Positions 1 through 12,235 of a stretch of DNA of 64,000 bases are shown one piece after another. Positions within the stretch are counted from its first letter, which is position 1, and each line of letters starts with the position of its first letter. The position numbers and the translations under genes were made by a program. The notes beneath the pieces were generated by a model. The model was not told the DNA's origin, ran no database searches, and worked only from the letters and a program-made list of their open reading frames with translations. Source of the DNA: Paramecium tetraurelia (Eukaryota); assembly GCA_000165425.1 (NCBI GenBank), contig CT868035.1:62001-126000 (forward strand), in the 5' to 3' direction.

Positions 1-227
1 AAATATCTCATTCTTCCTGTTCCTGTTGATCTTCTTCTAGCGACTTTCTCTCCCCATCCGCTGTCTATTATTCAATTAATGGATTTACAAAGTCTCAATC
101 TTGCAGCTGGATATCCGCATGATGCACATCTATTTTTTTAAATATGGAAAGTCTATCTGCCACATCTTTTACAAAAAGTATGAGTCTTTTGATGTCTCTT
201 ACCGATTGCTGGAGTACCTCTTGCCAT
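1..227 (-). CDS. RPL37: 60S ribosomal protein L37 (3' end runs off the window)
   Basis: Translates as [67 protein letters not shown] after removing a 24-nt GT..AG intron at 65-88. It has the CxxC..CxxC L37e zinc finger and the TGTGRMR motif. In-frame TAG/TAA read as Gln. Confidence 0.97.
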
Positions 228-310
228 TGAAATTTTAATAAAAGATTTAATTAAATATAAAAGTCATCACTAAATGAGATAATCCATTATTATTTATTTA
301 ATTTCTTTTT

Positions 311-528
311 ATGGACATTCCCCTTACAACCATTATTTTGATGAATCCTAATGGAACTATTCAAATTGGTACTCAACCCTGGTTTAAAGGCAAGAAGGTG
401 ATGAAATGTTACTAGTGTCAGTAATCAATTCAATTATGTTTAGAAGTAACATTGTTTTTGAAGGCAAATATAACTAAATTAAATGCACTAAGTGCAACAC
501 AGTCAATCAAGTGCCCATAATCTAATGA
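311..528 (+). CDS. 64-aa LSD1-type zinc-finger microprotein
   Basis: ATG at 311, 23-nt intron at 421-443, TGA at 526-528. Protein is MDIPLTTIILMNPNGTIQIGTQPWFKGKKVMKCYQCQSNIVFEGKYNQIKCTKCNTVNQVPIIQ, with C-x2-C-x14-C-x2-C-NTVN spacing as in zf-LSD1. Confidence 0.75.
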
Positions 529-2099
529 TCCAATTTATTTATGTTACAATCAACTATCAAAATAAACTATAGAATTCATATTTCATGATTTCTAATAAAC
601 ATGGATCTCATTAATTCAATTAATATTTCTAATATTAAATATAAACAATAGAAATACTCAGATTTTTAGAATTCTCTTAGAAATCAGACTAGATATTTGC
701 AGCAAAGCAATAAAAATTAGTTTTTTGTTACAACATATTTAATAGGCTATCCATATAACTAACAAATATTTTGATTATATTCTAATATATGAATTTTCTC
801 ACTTTAGGCTTATTAATCAAATCAATAAATATGTCTACAAAAACTCAGATCAACATAGTTTATAAGCAGACCCTTTTGTTAAAACCTTGTATTTTATGAT
901 ACTCTCCAGTACTCCTATCAATAGGTCTAAATATTAAATGTTTCATAAAACCAGGAATCTTTCTTTGCATGAATAATTTCACCATGCGATTATTTAATTC
1001 ATCTATATTAAGAGATAATTTGATAAAATAGATATTTTAATTAAATTAGTCTAATTAGTACTCAATTAAAGGATATATATAGATAGAAATATGCTAGATA
1101 AATAAATTACAGAAAATTTAATATTAAAAATACATTTATACAACATATTAAGTATGATTTTTTAAATCATAAAATCTAAATTTAAAAAATTCAAGTCAAT
1201 TTATAGATAATGAACAATAACAAAAGTTTAAGCAAGAAGTATTACAATATTACAAATAAAAAATTAAAATTAATGATAGTAAAGAATAGAAAGATAAATT
1301 AATGATGATATTGTCAAATTAGTTCGGAGAAAAATATGATAAATAATATTCAATGTTAGAAATTCTTACACATTAAGGAAATAGAAAAGGAACGATGCTA
1401 AAAGTCCAAAACCAGAGAATAATACCCTTTGAAATTGATGAATTTTAAAAAATTCATAAATATTATTAAATAAATATATAGAGAGAACTTGAAGATTTGC
1501 TTGAAATTCTAAAATAATCAAGGTTTACTTACAAGATAAAAGTTAAATTAAAAGGAAAGTGGATGTTTCTATTAACGAATAAGGAAAAATAACCTTATAG
1601 TTTATAGAATAATAAAAACTTGAATTTTGAATTAACGAAATCAATCATCAAATCATATTATATAATATTAGACTCCTCTTTCTAATACCATATAGACAAG
1701 AGCTTATTTTAGAGTCTTTACACAATACTATCAAATAAATTTTTTTATTTTTATAATTTATTGTAATATAGAAATTAATTATTTAAAACCATCAAGATAC
1801 GTAATTGCTGTTGTAAATTAAATTGTTGAGAAACAGACTTGAACAATAGTCCTCTTTGTAGGGATACTTGAAAAAGGGAAAAAAGGACAGTTTGGATCCT
1901 TCCATTGAGAAGCTCAAAGGTAAGACCTTGATATAATTTGATACTGTTATTTAATTCAATTTGTGAGTACATTTGATATTTGATGTTTTTAGAGATTGAA
2001 GGACTTGTAAATGAGGAAAAACCTCTTTTAGTATATTATTTTATAATAAAATGTTTTTTAAGGGTTGTTATTTTGTATTTTTGAATAATATCAATATTT

Positions 2100-3155
2100 T
2101 CATTCCTATTTTACCTTTTTACAGATTTCTTCTTGTTCATGGTATGCTTTAAACGAAACAGCCAATTCATAACAACGTTATTTCATTGACGAAATCCAAG
2201 GTACTCTTTTGTAAGTGGATATTTTCTATACAAATTCAATTGATATATAATACATCGATTTATCCAGAAGCAATAAATTTTAAGACTTATTTGGCCATAT
2301 TTTGAATTTTTTCATTATTTTCTTGATCCCAAATTTCATCAAAATGTTCTAAGAGATTAAGGGGTGATTTTTACCAAGATAAGAGAGGTATCCTTCGTAA
2401 AACTTTTCAGAAGAAAAAATTTTCTTTAAATAAGAAGTATTCATGGTTTTGTTGGAAGACTCAGACCTAAAGGGAATTAATTCTTCAATATTGTCATTGG
2501 TAGAAAAATATTCCTTATAAAATACTTTTTCGATTTCATAAGCGCTCATTGTCAATTCATTTAAGTTCATCTTTTATTTAAGGAATTTAAAGCATTTCCT
2601 GAGTATGAATTTAATTTATTCTTCTTTTGTCTTTTTCTGATTTTGATAGCGATTGATCAGTGATTCTATCAATCCATCATCTATTCTAGTCAAGATCTAA
2701 AATAATATTTATCGAATTTTTATATACTTTATATTTATTTTTCTCATTCTCCTCCAATTCCTTGATTTCCTCCTTGCAGAGATATTCCAATAAGGATTTG
2801 AGTTCCCAGAGTATTTCGTCTTGGGTGAATTGTTTCAGAATTTCATTCTCCTTCTTTTATTTGGGTAAAACTCTTTCTGATTGACTTTTCTTCGTTCGAA
2901 TGTCAGGTTATTGTACTATCGGTATTGTTCTTTGAGATGATTAAGAAAGAAGAGATATTTGTTGAAGAGGATTGAGTGATGGTATTTGTAGATTTGATGG
3001 GTTGGTAATATTGCTTTAGAGTGCACAAAGTAAATGTAAATACTAAGGATAGCTATATAGGAGTATACTTGTATCTGTTGAAGTTATTACAATTATTGTA
3101 ATTAGGGACAATATTAAAGTTATGCTAAAGTGGGAATCTATTAGAATGGATTCAT
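2100..3155 (-). CDS. Ciliate-type hypothetical protein with Q-rich N-terminus (possibly nuclear/DNA-binding)
   Basis: Open in the ciliate code with about 3 tiny introns. Contains KTKEEQIKFILRKCFKFL, PFRSESSNKTMNTSYLKKIFSS and YKRVPW segments and ends at TGA 2100-2102. Function not identified. Confidence 0.7.
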
Positions 3156-3285
3156 GTAAAAAATTAAATATTTGATCAATGTTTTTGGATTCAACTTAAA
3201 ATACACGGATATTGTTAAATTAAATAAAACTGAATCTAAAATGAATCAATATATTAATCTTCTTGATAATAATTTTTATATTTCA

Positions 3286-4759
3286 TCATAAATGAAACTC
3301 TTTCAAATATTCTAATTTTTTCAATTCTTATTTAATCCTCTCCTTATATTCATTATTGTGGAATTTCGTATCCACGGTATCAAATATAAACTGATTCAAA
3401 AATTTAATCTGTCCCAGCTCTTGCTCTAATCCAATAATCTTCTGCATAGGAGTTTATCTAAATTATATATCAAATAAGAATACGAAATATCAATTTATAA
3501 GGTTCTCAGATTTTATAATTTACTCAGATTACTGCAATTCAACTCTTCTACTTGGGTGTTAGAAATAAGTATTTATAAAAATCGCATAAGCTTTAAATCT
3601 CCTATTTGATCCATCAATTTATTGATTGAGTTGAGATTAGTGTCATTCAAATCCAAAATCAAACTTTTCATTTATGATTATTAGGGAATGGCATCAAGTA
3701 CACTTTAATCAAAATTCTTATTTGCAGATATCCTCAGATGCTCAATCTTTTGAATACTGTTCAGGATTCTGTGTAATGTCAGACTGCTAATGGCAGTGTC
3801 CTTAAAATTTAGTGACAATGATTTCAAGGCTGTCAAATACCCAATTTTTTAGAATAGATTGTCTGCCTAAGTCACTTTGGTGTTGCTAAATTGAATGTTG
3901 AGGTATTCAAGATTTTGTAGCTATTTCAATAGATCACCTAACTGATCTATGTTATTTAGATTTGTGTTATTGAAGGTAAGTGTCAAATGACAGAGGTTAA
4001 TACAAAAACTGATTCCTTGCATCAACTCAAATAGGTTTTCCATTTATAAATTATCCAATTTGATGGTCAATTAGAGCAATTTGTTGAGTTTTCTGATACC
4101 AGATCCAAGGGGGGCCAAATCAGTAATTTGAGTTGCTCCAAAATCTAAATGCAATTCTTCCAGATGCTACAATTTGGAGATATTGAGTGCAAATTACTCT
4201 ATATTATTTAGTTGCGTATGTCTAAATGAATATGTTAAATTACCCTGCGAAGAGAGTTAAGGATTTGAGTTAAGTAAACAAATGAACATCGAATAACTTG
4301 ATAGATGTTATATGAGTTTTATTGAAGTTCAGGTAGATCGATTCTAATTGAATATTTTAATTTAAAACTTGAATTACGTTTGAAACATCAGTAATTTGAG
4401 TGTTAGATAAGTCTAAATGAAATCTAGACAGTGTTGTAATGTGTGAGGGTATAATGTTGGAATCATTGATTTTTGTATTCCTAAGTTATGATAAGGATGA
4501 TAATGTACTGTGCTTGTATTTTGAGTACTTCAAAGATTTCACTCCCTTGGATTGCATCTCTGAGTGGTGTGATATCACCAATGTTGGGATCAATGAAACT
4601 CAATTGAAGCTTTTATATTGAGAAGTATCTCGACAATAGCAACATTTGTTCATAAACTTCGTTTTAATTGTGGATTATCCAATCAATTTCTTTTTTTTCA
4701 GAATCTTCCTTGAATTACTCAATTTTTTCTCTAATTTCACGTGTTGATTTATTTCCCAT
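3286..4759 (-). CDS. Leucine-rich repeat protein with possible N-myristoylation (MGNKS)
   Basis: ATG at 4759 (MGNKSTREI). Repeated LxLDLSNTQITD-like units, several tiny introns, TGA at 3286-3288. Confidence 0.8.
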
Positions 4760-4935
4760 CTAAATTAATTTAAAAAAATAATAATATAAAACATTAGTAA
4801 TATATGAAATGAAATGCAAAGAATCAATAATTGATTATTTTATTTAATTGATTTAATTAGGATATTAGACAAATTACAACTGATTTACTTTCATTCTTAT
4901 TTTATTTTAAATTAATTAAAAAGTTGTCTAAAAAA

Positions 4936-5154
4936 ATGACATTTCATTAGATCATCAGTGGAATTGGAGATTTGCACCATCAAACACTTTTGTCACCTCT
5001 AAATTAAGCATCTGCCAAAAGGTTAAAGAAGGTTACCTTCTACAATGAAGCACTCTATCTTGAATTCAGAGCTACTGACAGTCCAATTAAAGTGAATTCC
5101 ACTCTTCAAAAACATTTTTCATCAAGATCACTCTCGGTTATTACCTAACCTTGA
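4936..5154 (+). CDS. 72-aa hypothetical microprotein with KKVTF (RVxF-like) motif
   Basis: Intronless ATG..TGA frame of 73 codons after an AT-rich leader: MTFHQIISGIGDLHHQTLLSPLNQASAKRLKKVTFYNEALYLEFRATDSPIKVNSTLQKHFSSRSLSVITQP. Confidence 0.55.
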
Positions 5155-5576
5155 CATAAGAAATGATTATTATTTACATAATATGTTTCATCTCACTTAA
5201 TCATTTCATTTCTAATCAATATTTACGCATCAATCAAAACAGATGCTTCATTAAGTGATGACCCTATTAGAAAATCTAGAATATCCATTTGCAAAATAAG
5301 GAATCCATAAATGTCACAAACTCTCTATAATCATCTAAATTGAATAAGATTATCCTGAAATTACTATTAAGAGTAGGATTTATGAATTTAAAAGGAATTT
5401 CAAGAAAAGATAGAATTTTTTTGTCCTTTATTTTAAACATCAAATTGTGAAAAAAATACCCAAAGATTAAGTAAATTGAGAAGAAATGTCAGAAAAATAT
5501 ATATAACACATCGAGTATTATTGGTTTTCAGTTTTAGTTGAATTGTAATGATGCTTTTAATAAAATTTTAATATAA

Positions 5577-8500
5577 ATGTATATTTCAATATTCGTAATT
5601 CAAATTTTGAATTTTGCCTAAGCAAGTAAATAAGATATAATGAACGTTGTAGCATTGGATTGTTCAACAATAAAGGGTACAGCCTTGAATAGTTATGCCT
5701 ATAAAACAGACGGATCCGTGCAATTTGAGTTCGCAATACCTACTCCTGGCAATGTGTATTTAACATTTCCGACATATTGGAGTGATTCACCTTCGATTTC
5801 GCCATTAATAACAGGAACCACCACTTGCAGAGAAGTAAACTTCCTTAAGATTATAAAGACCTTATAAAGTATAACGTGCACTTAAGATAATCTTAAATTC
5901 ACATGCAATACTTTACAAGCAGGTAGCCAAATTATCAGATGTAACAATGTGAAGGGACCACACACAAATAAACAGATTGGAAATTTCAGGATATAATTTG
6001 CTTAATAGTCTTGCGATAATATTCTGATTAATAATTTCTAACCTTATGGCGGTTCAGTTGTGTTTTCATCTAACTCCACAACAGGGTTATACCCCAACGT
6101 TGACAAATTGTAAATGATTTGGGAAAACATTGTATTGCCTATTTCTTTTAGTTCAAACCCACAAATTGAAGTTTAGATTTTAAGCAATGGTGAATTTGTT
6201 ACAACTTCAACAGTGAAAGGCTATGTGTCTGCTAGATCAATTGGTTTGTTAGAGTCACTCACAGTCAGTGCTCCAAATCTGATTAAAGCCTAAATGCCAT
6301 AGTCAATAGCAGTAAAGGATGTTTCCATGAAATTATATATGGAATCATTGAAGGTATTGGGCAACACTCAGCCTATTCAATCGCAAATAGATTTTAAGGA
6401 TTCTGATAATGTATTACAATACTAGATTCTCTTTCCCACAATTTAAGTCTAGAATGATTAATTGACAGCCAGTCTGAATATTGCCTCAACTGAGATCAAC
6501 ATCTATACAAAATATACTTTTAGCATAACTATCAAGAATGCATTGAACTCAGCAGGATTTGTGAGAATAGCCTTAGCATAAACATTATTATCCTAGAATC
6601 TGATTTGCTATTGTGACAATACAGTATCTATTCCCACTATTAATGCAGATTACATCGATGTTGGTGGATGTTTGACTACGACTGGCACACATAATATAGC
6701 TATTCAAAATGTACTTAACCCAGTATCTACTATTTCAACTATTACTATTTCCTATATCTAAACTATGTTGAATGGTTTTTCAGTTGATAGAATGACAAAC
6801 TTTCAATATAAGTCGCCTTCATTTACACCTGGTACTCTGAGTGTTCAGTATGACAGATAAGGAAGTGATTTGGATGTAGTTGGAGGTTACTCCTTTTTCA
6901 TATTAAAAATCACACCCAAAAATAGAATTCCAGCTTAAGGACTATTAAAAGTGGAAATACCTTAAGAGATCAAATTTGTTAATTAAAATGCATAAATTTG
7001 TAATGTAGATATTTATGGATGTCAAATTCAAACTATTTAAGATTAGGTATTGATTTTCAAGTTCTCATCATCAATAGAAGCTTCAAAACAATTTATTATT
7101 AATTCAATATCTATACCAATTAGAAATCCATTAGATACTAGTTAGACCAATTATTTTAAATTCACTACATATGATTAATTCAATAACATAATAGACAAAA
7201 TCTCTAATGTCTAAGGATATTCTGTTAATAAAAGATCATCATTTGATGGACTAATAATCATTGAATCAGATTAACCATTTAAAAATGGGTAATCCAATAC
7301 GTTTTATTTTACAATCAAAACTAAAACTCCTCAGTTCTATCCCATTTAAATGACTGTCAAAGTTGGTGATTTAACAATCAATAATAATCCATAATGTAAA
7401 TTAGAAGGTGCTGTTATCAAAACATGCACTAAAATATCAGCTAATCAATTAGACATTTCGATTTAAAGTACTACTGACTAACTTTTATTACCAACTACTT
7501 TGAAGTTATCTGTCTCAACTATTAAATGTAAGGATACAATGACCAAGAGTTAAGATTTTGAATTTTCAACTTAATCTACTAATGGTTTAATGAGTTATCA
7601 ATCAGGACCGTATATAAGTAATGTCTAATTTGGTGACATTACATAAACTGAATTAAGAGTTGACAAATAATATTATGGTGCTTCAAATGCAGTCTATTAA
7701 TTTAATTTTGCTTTACAAAATGGATTAATTTAAGGCAATCATCAGGTGCATATTTTATTTCCATTCAACCTTCCCTCATCAGGTTATTCTTGCAAGGATA
7801 CTACCAATAAGGATTTAGTTTGCAATGTGCAATCTAAAAATATTCTAGTATTGACAGGACCCTTCGACTCTACTTAGTTACTATATAAGGTTATAGTAAA
7901 TGGACTTCCTACTCCTCAAAATGAATAATAACCTCGAACATTCACTATAAAAACTTACAGGAAAATTGATGATTCTAACTATTTAGTTGATAGTTCAGTA
8001 AATGGAGCATTTCAATTCAATATATATTGTCCCTAATTAAATAACTGTAGGACTTGCAACATCAACGATTCTAACAACGTAGATTGTGAAACTTGTTATG
8101 CCTCCACAATTTCTAAGTTTATTTATATGAAATCAAGTGTTTGTGTTGACAATTGTGGAGATGGATACTATTAAAATGACTAAGAATTTTCATGTCAACA
8201 ATGCCCAAGTAATTGTTAAGTTTGCTCACCCACAAATAGTGTTTTAATATGTGATAAATGTTTTGATAATTATAAGTATTAGGATAGCATTTGTGTTGAT
8301 ACATGTGGAGATGCATATTATTTACCATTAACATCTACTAATAAATGCGAAAGATGTGATAGTGAATGTATGTTATGTTCGATGAATTCATCGTATTGTT
8401 CGAAATGTCAACCAAATATCCCAATATAAGCTAATAAATGTTATAAAAATGGATGTTTACAAGGATTTTATCAGACATACAATTCAAATTAAGTGTTAGT

Positions 8501-11500
8501 GTGTGAATTATGTCCAGCTACATGTATTAGTTGTCATTCCTATAATTAATGCACTGAATGTTAACCTAGTTAATATTATTTATCAGGTTCATGTAGAGCA
8601 GATTGTCCTCTTGGTTACTTTATAAACGGATAAGAAATGCTCTGTAAATAGTGTGTTTCTGGATGTAGTTAGTGCTCTAATGATACTGCATGTGTAAAAT
8701 GTTAAGATGGATTCTTATTAAAAGAGTAAAAGTGTGTTTTAGCATGTGGAGATTAGTATTATATGGATACTACTCAAACTTCATGTTTAAGATGTAATCA
8801 GTATTGCCAAACATGTGAAGTGAAAGACGAAGTATAAAAGTGCACATCTTGTATGAGTTCATACTTCTTTTTTAATTTCACATGTATTCAATAATGTGGA
8901 TCAAACTACTATTCTCTGAATCATGAATGTTTTGAATGCTCATAAAATTGTTTAACTTGTGCTGGTAGTCCAGATACCTGTACCTCATGTTTAGTATAAG
9001 GAGACACACCATAATTTCTAGATGGAACTGTGTGTGTCTCTAAATGTTCAGATACTCAATTTGCTGATATTACTAGTGGAAAATGTATAGAATGTCCAAG
9101 TAATTGCACTAAATGTACATCCTTAACCAATTGCTCTTAATGCAACTAATCAGTAATCCCTCACTATCTGATCCAAGGTGCTTGCAAACAATAATGTCCA
9201 ACCAACTATCAACCTATTGGATTGCTTTGTGAGTTTATACCAGAAAGGGTTGTCATCAACACTGAACCTAATAGATATGTGCCAGTACCACATGTGATAA
9301 TATTCGCATTCTTCACTATATCTGTGTTACTGTCTAAACAATTCAAAAGTGAGACTTACATGCCTGGTTCTATTATAGGATTGAGTGCTCTCTTAGTATG
9401 GTCCTCATGGTTCGCTGTGCTGTTTTTATTACTTAATTATTATGAATTCAAGGAGTTATATTACTTTTGGATCTTAATTGGGAGTGTGGGACTGAATTAT
9501 GTATTCAATGCTTTACATCTTGTTTTGGTCTATTAGAAGATTTGGAATGATCAAGACTTTCTAAGATGGTAAGCTTCATCGTTAAAAAATAAATCCACTA
9601 ATGTAATTTTAGTTTCATTATCCATACTATTCGCCTATCCATTATACAAACTTATTATGAGTCGCTATTTTGGTTTTTCGTTTTTCAAAGCTAAAATTGT
9701 GGATATTAAACCCTTATTTTACTTCAATTGTCTAAATGCACTTTACATAACATTTGTTAATGTACCAATAATTGTCAGCTGTATCTTGGTTGCTTATCAT
9801 GAATCTTCTCACAATACTTAGACATTTATAAGTGCCATAGACTCTATAGTTGTTACCTTTTCCTACATATTGTTATTAATATGGGAAACTCAGAAAGGGG
9901 AATCATTTTTTGATGAATTCCACTAAAATTACTACTTTAATGAATCAAAATAACATTTAGGGAAAAATGAAATATCTGGGTATTTTCAGCATCCTTTTGA
10001 ATAGAAATCGTAGGCAGAATAGAAGATTGATCTATCAGATTTGGATGCTTAAGCAGTCAATTAAGAGAACGATGTTACAAAACAGAAATCATAACAGCAA
10101 TCACATGATCAATCCTGTAATCTAAATGGAATTAGTATAATACTGAGTGATAAGAATTCAAATCCTGTATTTCAATAAGAAAGTGACAGATCCAATTAGT
10201 TTCCTTAGAAGCAGGTTGTTCCCTCAAATCTAAAGCATACTATCTACTATAAGAATGTATAGATTAATCAACTTGAGAATCCTGACGATGAGCCTCCTTA
10301 TGAATCCCCTGGATCTGAGAATTTCAGTTCAATGAAATCCCAATCTAGTTAAAATTGTTAATAGTCCTTCAATGATTAAAGTCAATATCCCTTGAAAGAC
10401 ATAAGTTTAATTTAGGATTCAGAGGAGCCACATGAGAACAGTTAATTGTCAATATTTTAAGATGAAAGGAATTAAAGTCCATCAAAGAAATAGAATACTT
10501 TGTAGTTATAATAGATATTAGATAATCATCCTCTTGATCATTATAATATCATCCCTACCTTTGAAAATGAAAATGATGAGAATAATCCTCAATAAGTGAA
10601 TTAGTTAAATGAGAAATCTAAAAGCTCTTGTAAAAAGACTTAGTAATAGATGAAAAATAATGAAGGGTAATAGAATCCATAATAAAATCTTCAATCATCA
10701 TCATCTAGAAGAGAAATACTATAGCCATTATAATATTCATAAGTTTAATAACTTGCCAAGTCTGCTTAATTTAACAATGACAAAGCATTATCATCACATA
10801 AGACATTAAGTCGAGAATCTTAAAGTACAGAGACTATTAAAATTTAATTAGGATAATGTAGATAATAAGGCTTAAATTAAGTAAACCCATAGGTGATAGA
10901 ATAACTATAATAAACTAAACTGGTTAATACTAAAAACAATGACTAAATTCCTAAATAAGGCATTTATGATAGATAGCAGTAATAAATAGGAGTTTCAAAT
11001 TCATAAACATAATCTGATACTGAAAGCTAAAATGATTAGTGTAGAATTCAAATTTTAATGGACAGCAGAGCCATTGAAGAAGAATAGGATATATTTTAAG
11101 ATTAGATTCAAATACAATAAATCAAAGCCAAATCCTCAAATATGAAGGAGGATAGAAAATAATCTAAAATTAAAGGGGAGTCTGAATTAAATAATATTTT
11201 TGATTCAAGTGATTCTATTCACACCATGTCTGATTAAGATTGGAGTGAAAATCAAATCTCACCTTCAGAATTCAACTCACTTAATCAAAGATTTGAAGAT
11301 GAATAAGAATTGGATCTATAAATTCATTTGCCTAATTAAAGTAAAACTTAATAGCATTACAGATAGTGCAAATTAATACCTTTAAATTTATAATTCAGAG
11401 ATGAGAATAATGATGAATAACCAAATATTGGATAGACTTATGTTGATTTTACAAGGAATAGTTAGCCATAGAAGGAAACTAAAAAATAATAATTAGAAAA

Positions 11501-11654
11501 AGTATACTTACAGAAACTAGAGAAAAATGATAAGATTTCAAGTAGAACAAACAAATGGGGATTCAAGAAGAAGCATCCTATCAAAAATCATCCAAAAGAT
11601 ATATCAGATGCATATATAGATGATTAGATAGATGTAGAGGACATAAACTTTTGA
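5577..11654 (+). CDS. ~2016-aa surface protein: signal peptide, long beta-rich ectodomain, furin-like Cys-rich repeats, ~6 TM helices, Gln/Ser-rich cytoplasmic tail
   Basis: ATG at 5577 with one 27-nt intron near the start, then a single frame to TGA 11652-11654. CxxC..CxxC repeats at ~8030-9230, hydrophobic helices at ~9285-9885, low-complexity tail after that. The supplied ORFs at 5640 and 9222 lie in this frame. Confidence 0.88.
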
Positions 11655-12235
11655 ATTAATTAATTAATTATATATATATATATATTATAAATTTAAGGAA
11701 ATTTAAACATCGAAATATCCCATCATTTCTAATTTTCTTAACAACCTTGAATGAAAAATGTTCATATTTACACTGCAAAGACATTATCAATAATAATAAT
11801 GAAAAAGGGTAAAAATTTCAAAGATTATGTTTAATGATCAAAAATTGAATTGTAAGGTTCCATAATAATGGATTGAAATTAGTAAAATATAAGATAATCA
11901 GTTTTATCATAAGCTAGAAATACTATTAATCAAGTAAATTAGAATTGAGATTATGATTATAATTCTTACTAGAACACTTAATCATTAGACTGTAGGAATT
12001 AAACATGAATAAAAGAGTAAATTAGACCTAATTAGAATCGAGAAAATGAATAGAATAATTTTACAGCGCTTAATCACACTCAAAATTTAGTACTTCTCCA
12101 AAATTTTAGAATAATCTAATGGATTACGTATTAAAAATGTTTGGAATATAACCAAAAAACTTTTTTTAGGATTTAGTAGCTAAATTTTAAGTGATAATCA
12201 TATATTCAATATAATTATTATTTAATATAAATAAT

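Noticed and set aside
540..1830. Coding-like stretches (minus 540-985; plus ~1158-1829)
   Set aside because: No consistent start, intron and stop structure and no recognisable domain. These may be old remnants but cannot be supported as genes.
11667..11690. (TA)n microsatellite and short AATATT repeats (also ~52471-52495)
   Set aside because: Ordinary low-complexity AT-rich sequence.
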